This document shows, piece by piece, positions 36,163-48,300 of a stretch of DNA of 64,000 nucleotides (its first letter is position 1; each line of letters starts with the position of its first letter). The position numbers were made by a program, and so were the translations under genes. The notes under the pieces were generated by a model, which was not told the origin of the DNA, made no database searches, and worked only from the letters and a program-made list of their open reading frames with translations. Origin of the DNA: Leucoraja ocellata (taxonomy: Eukaryota); assembly GCA_036785375.1 (NCBI GenBank), contig JAWMAR010000388.1, positions 1,488,001 to 1,552,000 of the forward strand, given 5' to 3'.

Positions 36163-38491
36163 GGGTTTGTATCATTGTAAACATTGTATCGCTGTCCGAT
36201 AGGAAGCGAATATAAAAAATACCAATTATAAATTATAACCTGCAATCTATTAAAACATATCTGAGTTTGCTTCGTGACTTTAACAGGAAAAGGATTTCAT
36301 TCATATAGAGGAAGTTTACTTAGAATAGTGAAAATGCACAATGTTGCTAAATCAATGTCTTAATTAAATAAATGCAAATGTAAATTTGAACGCCACTCAA
36401 ACCCTCCTTTAAGCCATGGATTTCAATTCGCACTCTGTTCAATGATTAATGGGATACCCTGTTTTGTAATTAAAATTAAGATAGCGGAGTCAGGGGATAT
36501 GGGGAGAAGGCAGGAAAGGGGACTGATTGGGGAAGATCAGCCATCACATTAAATGGCGGGTCTAGCTCGAAGGACCGAATGGCCTCTACTCCTGCACCTA
36601 TTGTCTAAATTAGCAGAGAAAGTTCCGTTTCCAACATTCCATTTTTCCCAATTTCTCATTTTTTTTACCGCAACTATTCGTAAAACGGACATTTTTCATT
36701 AGCAATTCAGTGGAGGAACATTTTGTTTAAATGACATTTGGATCCATAGACAAACACGAATTCAAATTCGCTTTCTAATAAATCCACGGATTACAAATTA
36801 TTCAAGAACTGCATCTCCCCGTTTTCCATTCAACGCATTTTCCAAATGGGAAAACTCGTGATCTTTGACAGAAAACAGAGAAATGGGTCATTGGGTTAGG
36901 CAGCATTTGTGGAAAGAGGAAAGCAAGCATTTGCCAGGTCGACTACCGTTGGGAGAATAAACCATGGCGAATTTAGTTTCGATTAGAGATATAGCATAGA
37001 AATAGATCCTTCTGCCAACCAAATCCACGGCGACACACAAGTTCCACGTTATCGCACCCCCGACCCACCCGGGTCAATCACCCGGGTCAATTAACCTGCA
37101 AACCTGCACTCTTTTGGGTTGTGGGAGGAAAGCAGAGAACCAGTAACAAACCGCAGGGAGAACGCACAGTTCTCAGTCTGCACCTGATTTCAGGAACGAA
37201 GTCGTGTCTCTGGCGCTACCAGCTGTCATTCGGCTCCCCTCTATGGGATTTGTCTTTCGCCACAGGCTGCGTGACCCTCTAGGTGTTTGCAACATTTACT
37301 CTTCCTATTTATGATTTCTAGTAATTTCTTGTTATTTTTATTTTTAAACATATATCTTCTTTGCGTTTATTGAAATAACCGAATCGGACACTTCATACAA
37401 AACAGCAATACCCGGTCGCTGCCAATCGAATGGAACGTACAAACACGTCCAATTGCGCACCAAATATCGTCTCCCACAATGACCGGCTGAATCATACCGC
37501 CGATGGGATCAATCGCTTAACACAAATTTGCTGAAACTCTTCACAAAAATCCAAATATCTCTGTCCAAAGACCACCGAAATTCATTGTTCCATTGACCAC
37601 CGAGCCAATCATTGTTGAAATAACGAGGAATAACACAATACACGTGGATTACATAAATAACATTTCCATATAATGTGAATTACATTCAGTTCCTCCGTCA
37701 CGCTAGTTCATCTGTCCCCTATTACATTGTCATTCTGTAGATCGCGTTTCACGGAATTTGCTTTCTTAGCTTTGCTGTATCATTGGTTCACATGGCCAAC
37801 TCATTGTACTTCAAGATAGACAAAAAAAGTTGTAGTAACTCAGCGGGAGAAGCAGAGTTACTCCAGCTTTGTGTCAATCGGCAACATAAATCAGCATCCA
37901 CAGTTCCTCCCTATTCATTGTACTTCAAGATATATAACTGACGCTGAACCTTGCTGTCTGTGTTTTGCTGCAAGAACATTTTACTTCTCCCATGCAAGTT
38001 TTGTTAGCGATTGGATTAAAGTTGGCAAGGTGATTCACCAATTAATACATACACCTTAAAAACTTGAACATTTTACACCCAGGATTTATGCGTTTGTGTC
38101 GTTTGTTTCATATGCGCTGAGAAGAAACAAACTGAGACAAAGTACCTGCTGTTGATCAGAAAATACAGTTCGATGCATCGCAGATCAAGGACCACAACAA
38201 CCTCAAACAATTAGAAAGCCTAGTGAAAGCAAATTGATGCACATTTTCCCACTAATTAGGAACTTAAACAGAATCCGTTTCATAGTCAAAGGATCGAAAG
38301 TCATAGCACACAAGGCAAGTTTAAATCGTGAATCTTGCAGCGGAATCACATAACATTTTAAAGCAACATCGATCCAACATTGCAATGAATGGGTAATTAA
38401 TGTAGAGGAACAATTTAATATAATTATTGAAAATATCGAGTAAAATTACAACTGGATACATCTAGATACTGAATAGGATGAAGTTTCTTAC

Positions 38492-38541
38492 CGTTGGTTA
38501 CCGTCAACATGGTGCCTCCTCCCCAGTAGTCATGATAGTAA
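38492..38541 (-). CDS. ighj: JH segment (YYHDYWGGGTMLTVTN)
   Basis: WGxG motif; donor G|GTAAG at 38491; preceded by a 23-RSS. Confidence 0.96.
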
Positions 38542-38580
38542 CACAGTGTTACATTCTATGGGCTGCCTCACACAATAACA
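38542..38580 (+). promoter_or_regulatory. JH recombination signal sequence, 23-bp spacer
   Basis: CACAGTG (38542-38548) + 23 nt + ACAATAACA (38572-38580). Confidence 0.95.
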
Positions 38581-38905
38581 TGATCTGCACAAGGTAGGCA
38601 AAAAAGAACAAATCCTGTAATTATTCGTATTTCACATCGAAAGCGAATGACTTATTGCTCTTTGAAAACAATGAATGCGTTAAATAAATCATTTCCAACA
38701 ATAATCAGATACCACGGCTCCGTGTATTAAACAGGGCAGTGAAATGTGATAAGAATTATCTACATATAAAATACAAATTACTTCAAGTTACCTATACAAC
38801 AAAATGTGCGAAAATATCCCTGGACATGTTTATGCTCTTGTTGTATGAAATATTGAATTGAAAATATCATATACTGGCCCAGACCACCGTATTATGGGTT
38901 GTGGA

Positions 38906-38933
38906 TGTTTTTGTATTGGTAGGAACCGCTGTG
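38906..38933 (-). promoter_or_regulatory. 12-bp-spacer RSS 3' of the joined VD
   Basis: CACAGCG (38933-38927) + GTTCCTACCAAT + ACAAAAACA (38914-38906). Confidence 0.94.
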
Positions 38934-39259
38934 TACAATATAGTTCCATTGGGCCCTCGCACAGTAATAGACAGCCGTGTCTTCGATCTTCAGGCTGCTG
39001 GCCGTCACGATGAAGATATTATTCGTATAGTCTTTGGACGGAGTAAATCGGCTCTCTATCCCCGGAGGGAAGTACTTGGTGTAAGTAGAACCGTAGTAGG
39101 TAAGCAGCCACTCCAGCCCCTGCCCGGGGACCTGACGGACCAAAGCCATCCAGTAGCTGCCAACACTGAACCCGCTGACTTTACAGGTCAGTGTGATGGA
39201 GCCTCCAGGAGTGGCCGTCTCTGTCTCGGGCTGGGTTAGAACGATATCGGAATGGACAC
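38934..39259 (-). CDS. ighv: VH exon (mu type) germline-joined to D sequence
   Basis: ttgcag|..[101 protein letters not shown]+AQWNYIV; both Cys present, frame open. Confidence 0.96.
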
Positions 39260-39432
39260 CTGCAAGTTAAAAACAAGGCATGAATGGCGAGGATAAAATA
39301 TTGACCATTGATCCCCGACTCTAATTATCAAGAGGAAATAATTGGGACGGTTCTAGAGTGGGTAGAAGGGGAATGGTGTAGTGGATACACCACTGGGAAA
39401 CTTGCGTGGGGAATTTGTCCAACATCACTCAC

Positions 39433-39478
39433 GGACTATTAACGCCAGGAACAAACTCAGTGAAACCGCCGACCTCAT
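39433..39478 (-). CDS. ighv: VH leader exon (MRSAVSLSLFLALIV)
   Basis: ATG at 39478; 46 nt; donor C|GTGAGT; 173-nt phase-1 intron to V. Confidence 0.93.
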
Positions 39479-39564
39479 CCCGCTGGGAAGTGTGACCCTG
39501 TTGTTTCTGTACAGAACCTCGCAACAAACCAACTGCAAGGAAGTTGGATTTCGGCCCCTCTTAG

Positions 39565-39640
39565 AGAGAATTAAATACCCGGCAAAAGAGGGCGCGGCTG
39601 TGGGCGGGACTTGTAAACCGAGTGGTGCAGCGGGCGGAGC
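39565..39640 (-). promoter_or_regulatory. Putative VH core promoter: TATA-like TATTTAA (39571-39577) and two GC boxes (39602-39607, 39632-39637)
   Basis: About 95 nt upstream of the ATG; no proximal octamer. Confidence 0.55.
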
Positions 39641-39699
39641 TGAAACACGGCCCCCAACTCAACAGCAACATGGACTCACGCTATCACATCTATTAGACA

Positions 39700-40830
39700 C
39701 ATAGAAACATAGAAAATAGGTGCAGGAGTAGGCCATTCGGCCCTTCGAGCCTGCACCGCCATTCAATATGATCATGGCTGATCATCCAACTCGGTATCCT
39801 GTACCTGCCTTCTCTCCATATCCCCTGATACATTTAGCCATAAGGACCACATCTAACTCCCTCTTAAATATAGCCAATGAACTGGCCTCAACTACCTTCT
39901 GTGGCAGAGAATTCCAGAGATTGACCACTCTCTGTGTGAAAAAGGTTTTCCTCATCTCAGTCCTAAGAGTTCCCCCTTATCCTTAAACTGTGACCACTTG
40001 TTCGGAACTTCCCCAACATCGGGAACAATCTTCCTGCATCTAGCTTGTCCAACCCCTTAAGAATCTTGTAATTTTCTATAAGATCCCCCCTCAATCTTCT
40101 AAATTCTAGCGAGTACAAGCCGAGTCTATCCAGTCTTTCTTCATATGAGTCCTGACATCCCAGGAATCAGTCTGGTGAACCTTCTCTGTATTCCCTCTAT
40201 GGCAAGAATGTCTTTCCTCAGATTAGGAGACCAAAACTGTACGCAATACTCCAGGTGTGGTCTCAGCAAGACCCTGTACAACTGCAGTAGAACCTCCCTG
40301 CTCCTATACTCAATTCCTTTTGCTATATATTGCTTATATTTTGCTTATATTGTGTAAGGGGCGGAAAAGCACGCTGTTTTATTAACCTCTTGTGCATCTG
40401 TATCAGCAAGGAGCATTCGTAATAAGGTGGATGAGTTGAATGTGCGGATAGCTATTAATGACTATGATATAGTTGGGATCACAGAGACATGGCTCCAGGG
40501 TGACCAAGGCTGGGAGCTGAACATCCAGGGATATTCAATATTCAGGAGGGATAGACAGAAAGGAAAAGGAGGCGGGGTAGCGTTGCTGGCTAGAGAGGAG
40601 ATTAACGCAATAGAAAGGAAGGACATTTGCTGGGAGGATGTGGAATTATATGGGTAGAGCTGCGAAACACTAAGGGGCAGAAAACGCTAGTGGGAGTTGT
40701 GTACAGGCCACCTAACAGTAGTAGTGGAGTTGGGGATGGCATCAGACAGGAAATTAGAAATGAGTGCAACAAAGGTAAAACAGTTATAATGGGTGACTTC
40801 AATCTACATATAGATTGGGTGAATCAAATT
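39700..40830. mobile_element. CR1 3' end (minus, ~39700-40325) plus inverted CR1 endonuclease fragment (plus, ~40385-40830)
   Basis: CATAGAAA tail at ~39700-39715; DIVGITETWL, GGGVALL, VVYRPP and MGDFN APE motifs. Confidence 0.85.
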
Positions 40831-40844
40831 GCCATAACTGCACT

Positions 40845-43016
40845 ATGAGACGAGGGACGTAAAGCGGTGGTCCGACCAGTCAGAGGCCATGCTGCAAGAT
40901 GCACTGAGTGATGTCGACTGGAATATGTTCGAAGCAAGTTCCAGTGACGTCAGTGAGTTCGCGGAAGCAGTCACGGACTTCATCGCAACAGTAACCGACA
41001 ACATCGTCCCCACGGTAAGGGTAAGCACCTTTCCGAACCAAAAACCCTGGGTAGACAGGTCTGTTCATGTGGCCCTGAATGCTCGCACTGCTGCCTACAA
41101 CTCGGGCCTGACATCAGGAAACATGGACGTCTACAAGGCAGAGTCCTACCGACTGCGAAGGGCGGTGAAGGACGCAAAGAGAAGGTACAGGGACAAGATG
41201 GAGTTACAGATGGAGCAGCAGGACACCAGAAGCCTGTGGCAGGGGTTACGGATTGTAACCAACTACCGGAGCACCCCTTCCTCATCCGCAGGTGCCGGCA
41301 CCTCCCTAGCTGACGACCTGAACTCCTTTTACGCTCGTTTCGAGAGGGGCAACACCACTCCAGGTCTGCCGACTATCGACAATACTGCCAGCGGGCTGGC
41401 TACCAAAGCTGAAGGGAGGAATATGCACACATTCTCGCAGTCCGAGCACGACGTGAGGAGGGCACTGACACGGGTGAACACGAGAAAAGCTGCAGGCCCG
41501 ATGGCATCTCGGGGCGAGTACTCAAGTCCTGTGCTACGCAGCTAGCTCCAGTGCTGACTACATTATTCAACCTCTCCCTGGACAAGTCCGTGGTCCCTGC
41601 CTGCTTCAAAAAATCCATCATTGTACCGGTACCAAAAAATGCCTCCCCAGCCTGTCTGAATGACTACCGTCCGGTGGCCCTTACCTCGGTAGTCATGAAA
41701 TGCTTTGAGAGGCTGGTGAAGAATCACATCTGCGCCTTCCTCCCTCGGAACATGGACCCGTTGTAGTTCGCATACCATCCGAACAGATCCACGGACGATG
41801 CGGTCTCCCAGGTCTTGCACACCGCTCTCTCCCATCTGGACAGCCAGAAGGGGGGCTACGTGAGGATGCTGTTCATAGACTACAGTTCAGCCTTCAACAC
41901 GATAGTCCCCACCAGACTGGCCGGGATGCTAATGGAATTGGGGTTCAACACCTCCCTGTGTGCCTGGGTCCTGGACTTTCTCACCGCCAGGCCCCAGGTA
42001 GTCAAGATGGGAGGGAATACATCGGAGTCCCTCACCCTGAGCACAGGATCGCCCCAGGGTTGCGTCCTCAGCCCCCTATTGTACTCCCTGTACACACATG
42101 ACTGTGTGGCTAGGTTCAGCTCCAATTCAATAATTAAGTTTGCTGATGACACTGTGGTGGTGGGCCTGATCTCAGACAACGACGAGAAGGTGGCTGATCT
42201 AGCACTCTGATGCCAGGATAACAGCCTCCTCTTGAACATCAAAAAAACGAAGGAGCTGATCATGGACTTTAGGAGGGCACATCATCCGAGGACGTACACT
42301 CCATTGAGGATAAATGGGGATCCTGTGGATAGGGTGAACTGTTTTAAATATCTGGGAGTCCACATCTCCGAGGATATGACATGGGCATCACACGCCTCAG
42401 CACTCGTGAGTAAGGCAAGGCAGCGCCTTTACCACCTCAGGCAATTGAGGAAATTCAGAGTGTCTCCGAGGATCCTCCAGTGCTTCTACGCAGCGGCGGT
42501 GGAAAGCATCTTGTGCGGGAACATTACCATCTGGTTTGGGAATTGCTCTGCCAAGGACAAGAAGGCTCTGCAGAGAGTAGTGCGTTCGGCCAAACGCACT
42601 ATGGGAACTTCACTCGCCCCCCTGCAGGAACTATACAACAGGAGGTGCAACTCCAGAGCAAATAAAATCATGGGAGACCCCTTCCACCCCTGCAACGGAC
42701 TGTTCCAGCTGCTACGGTCAGGCAAACGCCTCCGTTGCCATGCGGTGAGAACGGAGAGGTTGAGAAGGAGTTTCTTCCCAGAGGCAATTCGGACTGTAAA
42801 CGCCTATCTCACCAGGGACTAACTCTACTGAACGTTTTTCCTTCCATTATTTATTATGTAAAAGAATATGTGTGTTATGATTGTGTTTATAATTTGTTTG
42901 GTTGTTTTGTTGTCTGTCTTTTGCATAAAAGTCCGCGAGCATTGCCACTTTCATTTCACTGCACATCTCGTATGTGTATGTGACAAATAAACTTGACTTG
43001 ACTTGACTTGACTTGC
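40845..43016 (+). mobile_element. Rex1/Babar-like LINE, 5'-truncated, with stops and frameshifts
   Basis: [32 protein letters not shown] and KFADD motifs; (CTTGA)n tail. Confidence 0.9.
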
Positions 43017-43636
43017 ATCTGTGAATTTGTCACGTGTGGCATTCATATGTATGCAGAGAATGTTATTAATCCCAGCCATTGTTGGTAAATAAAGAGATAT
43101 GATACATGTTCTCAGTAAACCTAGCTTTGTAGAAATATTATTGACTAACATCATCCATATGCACTTCAACTTTATTTTTACAGGAGAGAACGTTGACAAT
43201 TTAAAATAAATGTCTCTGGTGTAATCTGTTCAGAGATTTGCATTTCTTTCTCACTTTATCTGTTTTCCGCCTCTGGGGAAACATTGCTTCTGTTTCTGTC
43301 CTTCAGTAAACGAACCTGGGTCTGGGGCTGTTGAAATCACTGTTTATTTAAATCAGCTCATCTCCGTTTCCAGCCATTTTTAGATCAACACAAACAAGGC
43401 AATGAAGATATCATTCTCGACGGCGATTATATGTTTTAACAATATTAGCAGTTGGCGCGAATCAACTGGATTCTCCGAGGGAGTCTATTTTATCATATCT
43501 TGTTCAAATAAAATGGTGCATTTATATTACAGATTCACCAGAATATTTTGCTGTCCACTTGAATCTCCACTTGAAGAAATGTCTAAGCAAGCGAGGTCAA
43601 TGGAGGAATCGAGTGCTTTCCACACCTCCACTGTAG

Positions 43637-44028
43637 NNNNNNNNNNNNNNNNNNNNNNNNNNNNNNNNNNNNNNNNNNNNNNNNNNNNNNNNNNNNNNNN
43701 NNNNNNNNNNNNNNNNNNNNNNNNNNNNNNNNNNNNNNNNNNNNNNNNNNNNNNNNNNNNNNNNNNNNNNNNNNNNNNNNNNNNNNNNNNNNNNNNNNNN
43801 NNNNNNNNNNNNNNNNNNNNNNNNCACACACTCNNNNNNNNNNNNNNNNNNNNNNNNNNNNNNNNNNNNNNNNNNNNNNNNNNNNNNNNNNNNNNNNNNN
43901 NNNNNNNNNNNNNNNNNNNNNNNNNNNNNNNNNNNNNNNNNNNNNNNNNNNNNNNNNNNNNNNNNNNNNNNNNNNNNNNNNNNNNNNNNNNNNNNNNNNN
44001 NNNNNNNNNNNNNNNNNNNNNNNNNNNN
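43637..44028. other. N runs around CACACACTC (probably masked microsatellite or gap)
   Basis: N at 43637-43824 and 43834-44028. Confidence 0.95.
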
Positions 44029-44134
44029 GCACGATCCACTGCCATGTACGTCCAGGCCCAAGTAAGAATTTATTTGTAGCGCTCTCGGCACTTATGAAAA
44101 TTATACATTCTTGATACTTGACGCGTCATGTGTT

Positions 44135-47100
44135 AGAAACATAGAGGAAACATAGAAAAATATGTGCAGGAGTAGGTCATTTGGCCCTTCGAACAGGGAC
44201 CATTCAACATAATCATGGCTGATCATTTAAATTCAGTACCCCATTCCTTCTGTTTCCCCATATCCCTTGATTCCATGTCCTAAGAGCTAAATCTAACTCC
44301 GTCTTGAAAAGATCCAGTGAATTGGCCTCCGCTGCCTTCTGTGGCAGAGATTTCCACAGATTCATAACTCTCTGGGTGAATTTTTTAATCCTCATTTCAG
44401 TCCTACATGGCCTATCCCTTATTCTTAAACTGTGACCCCTGGTTCTGGACTCCCCCAACGTCGGGAACATTGTTCCTGCATCTAGCCTCTCAGTCCCGCC
44501 ATCCCGGGAATTATCCTGGTGAACCTATGCTGCACTCCCTCAATAGCAATAATGTCCTTCCTGAAATTTGGAGACCAAAATTGCACACAATACTCCAGGT
44601 GTGGTCTCACCTGGGCCCTGTACAACTGCCAGAAGGACCTCCTTGCTCCGAAACTCAAATCCTCTCACAATGAAGGCCAACATGCCATTCGCTTTCTTCA
44701 CTGCCTGCTGTACCTGCATGCTTATTCAGTGACTGATGTACAAACACACCTAGGTCTCGTTGCACCTCCCCTTTTCCAAATCTGACAGCATTCAGATAAT
44801 AAACTACCTTTCTGTTCTTGCCAATAAAGTGGATAACCTCACATGTATCCCCATTATACTGCATCTGCCATGCATCTGTCTTATTTTAAGTCACCTTGCA
44901 GCCTCATAACATCCTCATCGCAGCCCCCATTGCCATATAAACCATATAATATAAACCATATAACAATTACAGCACGGAAACAGGCCATCTCGACCCTTCT
45001 AGTCCGTGCCGAACACATAATCTCCCCTAGTCCCATATACCTGCGCTCAGACCATAACCCTCCATTCCCTTCCCATCCATATAACTATCCAATTTATTTT
45101 TAAATGATAAAAACGAACCTGCCTCCACCACCTTCACTGGAAGCTCATTCCACACAGCTACCACTCTCTGAGTAAAGAAGTTCCCCCTCATGTTACCCCT
45201 AAACTTCAGTCCCTTAATTCTCATGTCATGTCCCCTTGTTTGAATCTTCCCTACTCTCAGTGGGAAAAGCTTTTCCACGTCAACTCTGTCTATCCCTCTC
45301 ATCATTTTAAAAACCTCTATCAAGTCCCCCCTTAACCTTCTGCGCTCCAAAGAATAAAGCCCTAACTTGTTCAACCTTTCTCTGTAACTTAGTTGCTGAA
45401 ACCCAGGCAACATTCTAGTAAATCTCCTCTGTACCCTCTCTATTTTGTTGACATCCTTCCTATAATTAGGCGACCAAAATTGTACACCATACTCCAGAAT
45501 TGGCCTCACCAATGCCTTGTACAATTTTAACATTACATCCCAACTTCTATACTCAATGCTCTGATTTATAAAGGCCAGCACACCAAAAGCTTTCTTTACC
45601 ACTCTATCTACATGAGATTCCACTTTCAGGGAACTGTGCACAGTTATTCCCAGATCCCTCTGTTCACCTACATTCTTCAATTCCCTACCATTTACCATGT
45701 ACGTCCTATTTTGATTTGTCCTGCCAAGATGTAGCACCTCACACTTATCAGCATTAAACTCCATCTGCCATCTTTCAGCCCACTCTTCCAACTGGCATAA
45801 ATCTCTCTGTAGACTTTGAAACTCTACTTCATTACCCGCAACCCCACCTATCTTAGTATCATCTGCATACTTACTAATCCAATTTACCACACCATCATCC
45901 AGATCATTGATGTACATGACAAACAACAGTGGACCCAACACAGATCCCTGTGGCACCCCACTCGTCACTGGCCTCCAACCTGACAAACAACCATCCACAA
46001 TTACTCTCTGGCATCTCCCATTCAGCCACTGTTGAATCCATCTTGCTACACCATTAATACCCAACCATTGAACCTTCTTAACCAACCTTCCATGAGGAAC
46101 CTTGTCAAAGGCCTTACTGAAGTCCATATACACAACATCCACTGCGTTACCCTCATCAATTTCCCGTGTAACATCTTCAAAAAATTCAAGAAGATTAGTT
46201 AAACAAGACCTTCCAGGCACAAATCCATGTTGACTGTTCCTAATCAGACCCTGTTTATCCAGATGCTTATATATATTATCTCTAAGTATTCTTTCCATTA
46301 ATTTGCCCACCACTGACGTCAAACTAACAGGTCTATAATTGCTAGGTTTACTCTTAGACCCCTTTTTAAACAATGGAACAACATGCGCAGTACGCCAATC
46401 CCCCGGCACTATTCCCATTTCTAATGACACTTGAAATATTTCTGCCATAGCCCCTGCTATTTCTACACTAACTTCCCTCAATGTCCTAGGGAATATCCTG
46501 TCCGGACCTGGAGACTTATCCACTTTTATATTTCTCAAAAGTGTCAGTACTTCCTCTTCTTTGAATCTCATAGTTTCCATAGCTACTCTACTTGTTTCCC
46601 TTACCTCACATAATTCAATATCCTTCTCCTTGGTGAATACCGAAGAAAAGAAACTGTTCAATATCTCCCCCATCTCTTTTGGCTCTGCAGATAGTTGTCC
46701 ACTCTGACTCTCTAATGGACCAATTTTATCCCTCGTTATCCTTTTGCTATTAATATAGCGGTAGAAACCCTTTGGATTTACTTTCACCTTACTTGCCAAA
46801 GCAACCTCATATCTTCTTTTAGCTTTTCTAATTTCTTTCTTAAGATTCTTTTTACATTCTTTATACTCCTCAAGCACCTCATTTACTCCATGCTGCCTAT
46901 AATTATTGTAGATCTCCCTCTTTTTCCGAACCAAGTGTCCAATTTCCCTTGAAAACCATGGCTCTTTACAATTTTTACGATTTCCTTTCAACCGAACAGG
47001 GACATACAGATTCTGTACTCTTAAAATTTCACCATCCAGCTTTGTCTCATCCATAGACTTACCTTGGAAATTACATATTTAATTCCCTCGTCTAAATCGT

Positions 47101-48300
47101 TAATAAATATTGTAAATAACTGGGGTCCCAGCACCGACCCTTGCCGCACATCATTTGTTACTGCCTGGCATTCTGAAAAGGACCAGTTAATGCCTACTCT
47201 TTGCTTCTTGTCTACCAACCAGTTCTCTATCCATATCAATACCCTTCCCCCAATACCATGTGATCTAATTTTGCACACTAATCTCTTGCGTGGAACCTTG
47301 TGAAAGGTTTTTTGAAAGTCCAGATACACCACATGCACTGGCTCTCTCTTATCCTCAAAAAATTCCAGAAGATTAGTCAAGCCTGATCTCCCTTCATAAA
47401 GCCATGTGGACTTCGACCAATCCTGTCACTGCTTTCCAAATGCGCTGCTATAACATCTTTAATAATCGATTCCAGCATCTTCCCCACTACTGATGTCAAG
47501 CTAACGTCTATAATTCCCCGTTTTCTCTCTCCCTCCTTTCTTAAAAAGTGGAGTTACAATGGCTACCCTCCAGTACACAGGAATGGATCCAGTCGGGAGA
47601 ATATTGGAAGCTGATCACCAATGCATTCACAATTTCTAGGGCCACCTGCTTGAGTACTCTGGGATGCAGACCATCAGGCCCTGTGGATTTATCTGCCTTC
47701 AGTTCCAACAGTTTACATAACACCATTTCCTGGCTAACGTGGGTTCCCTTCAGTTCATCCCTCCCACTAAATCCTCAGTCCCCTAGTATTTCTGGGAGAT
47801 TGTTTGTGTCTTCCTTAGTAAATACTGAACCAAAGTACTCGTTTAACTGTTCTGCCATTTCCTTGCTTTCCATTAGAAATTCACCTGTCTCTGATTGTAA
47901 ATGACCTATATTTTCTTCACTGATCTTTTCCTTTTTACATATCTAAAGAAGCTATTGCAGTCAGCTTTGATATTCCATGCAAGCGTTCTTTCATACTCTC
48001 CTTTCCCGCCTTAATTAACCCTTTTTTTGTCCCCTGTTGAGTTCTACATTTCTCCCAATCCTCTGGCCAATTTATATAACCTCTTCCTTGGATTTAACAC
48101 TATCCTTGATTTCCCTCGGTAGTCACGTTGAGCCGCCTTCCCCATATTATTTATTTCTCTAGCCGGGGATGAACACATTTTGGAGTTCATCCATGCAGTC
48201 CTTAAATATTTGGAATTGCATCTCCACCATCAACACTTTAAGTATAATTTGCCCGTCTATCCCAGCCAATCCCGACTCATACCCTCAATGTCTCTTCTTA
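44135..48300 (-). mobile_element. Old CR1 LINE (~44135-44930 and ~47035-48300) interrupted by a younger CR1
   Basis: RT motifs continue across the insertion (VYLDFQK, QGSVLGP..ISK, then MQYN..CEVIHF). Confidence 0.8.
44933..47032 (-). mobile_element. Young 5'-truncated CR1 with an uninterrupted RT frame (ORF 45027..47054, no endonuclease)
   Basis: [19 protein letters not shown] and YADD motifs; (CCATATAA)n tail. Confidence 0.95.

Noticed and set aside
38581-38905. Unrearranged D segments between V and J
   Set aside because: No CACAGTG/CACTGTG-like heptamer with a correctly spaced nonamer was found.
30109-39478. IgW or IgNAR identity
   Set aside because: Four CH exons, a mu-type tail ([19 protein letters not shown]), a KVK cytoplasmic tail and a conventional VH with full FR2/CDR2 fit IgM.
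45027-47054. Autonomous active LINE or domesticated RT gene
   Set aside because: 5'-truncated with no endonuclease or promoter; its start codon comes from the older flanking CR1.
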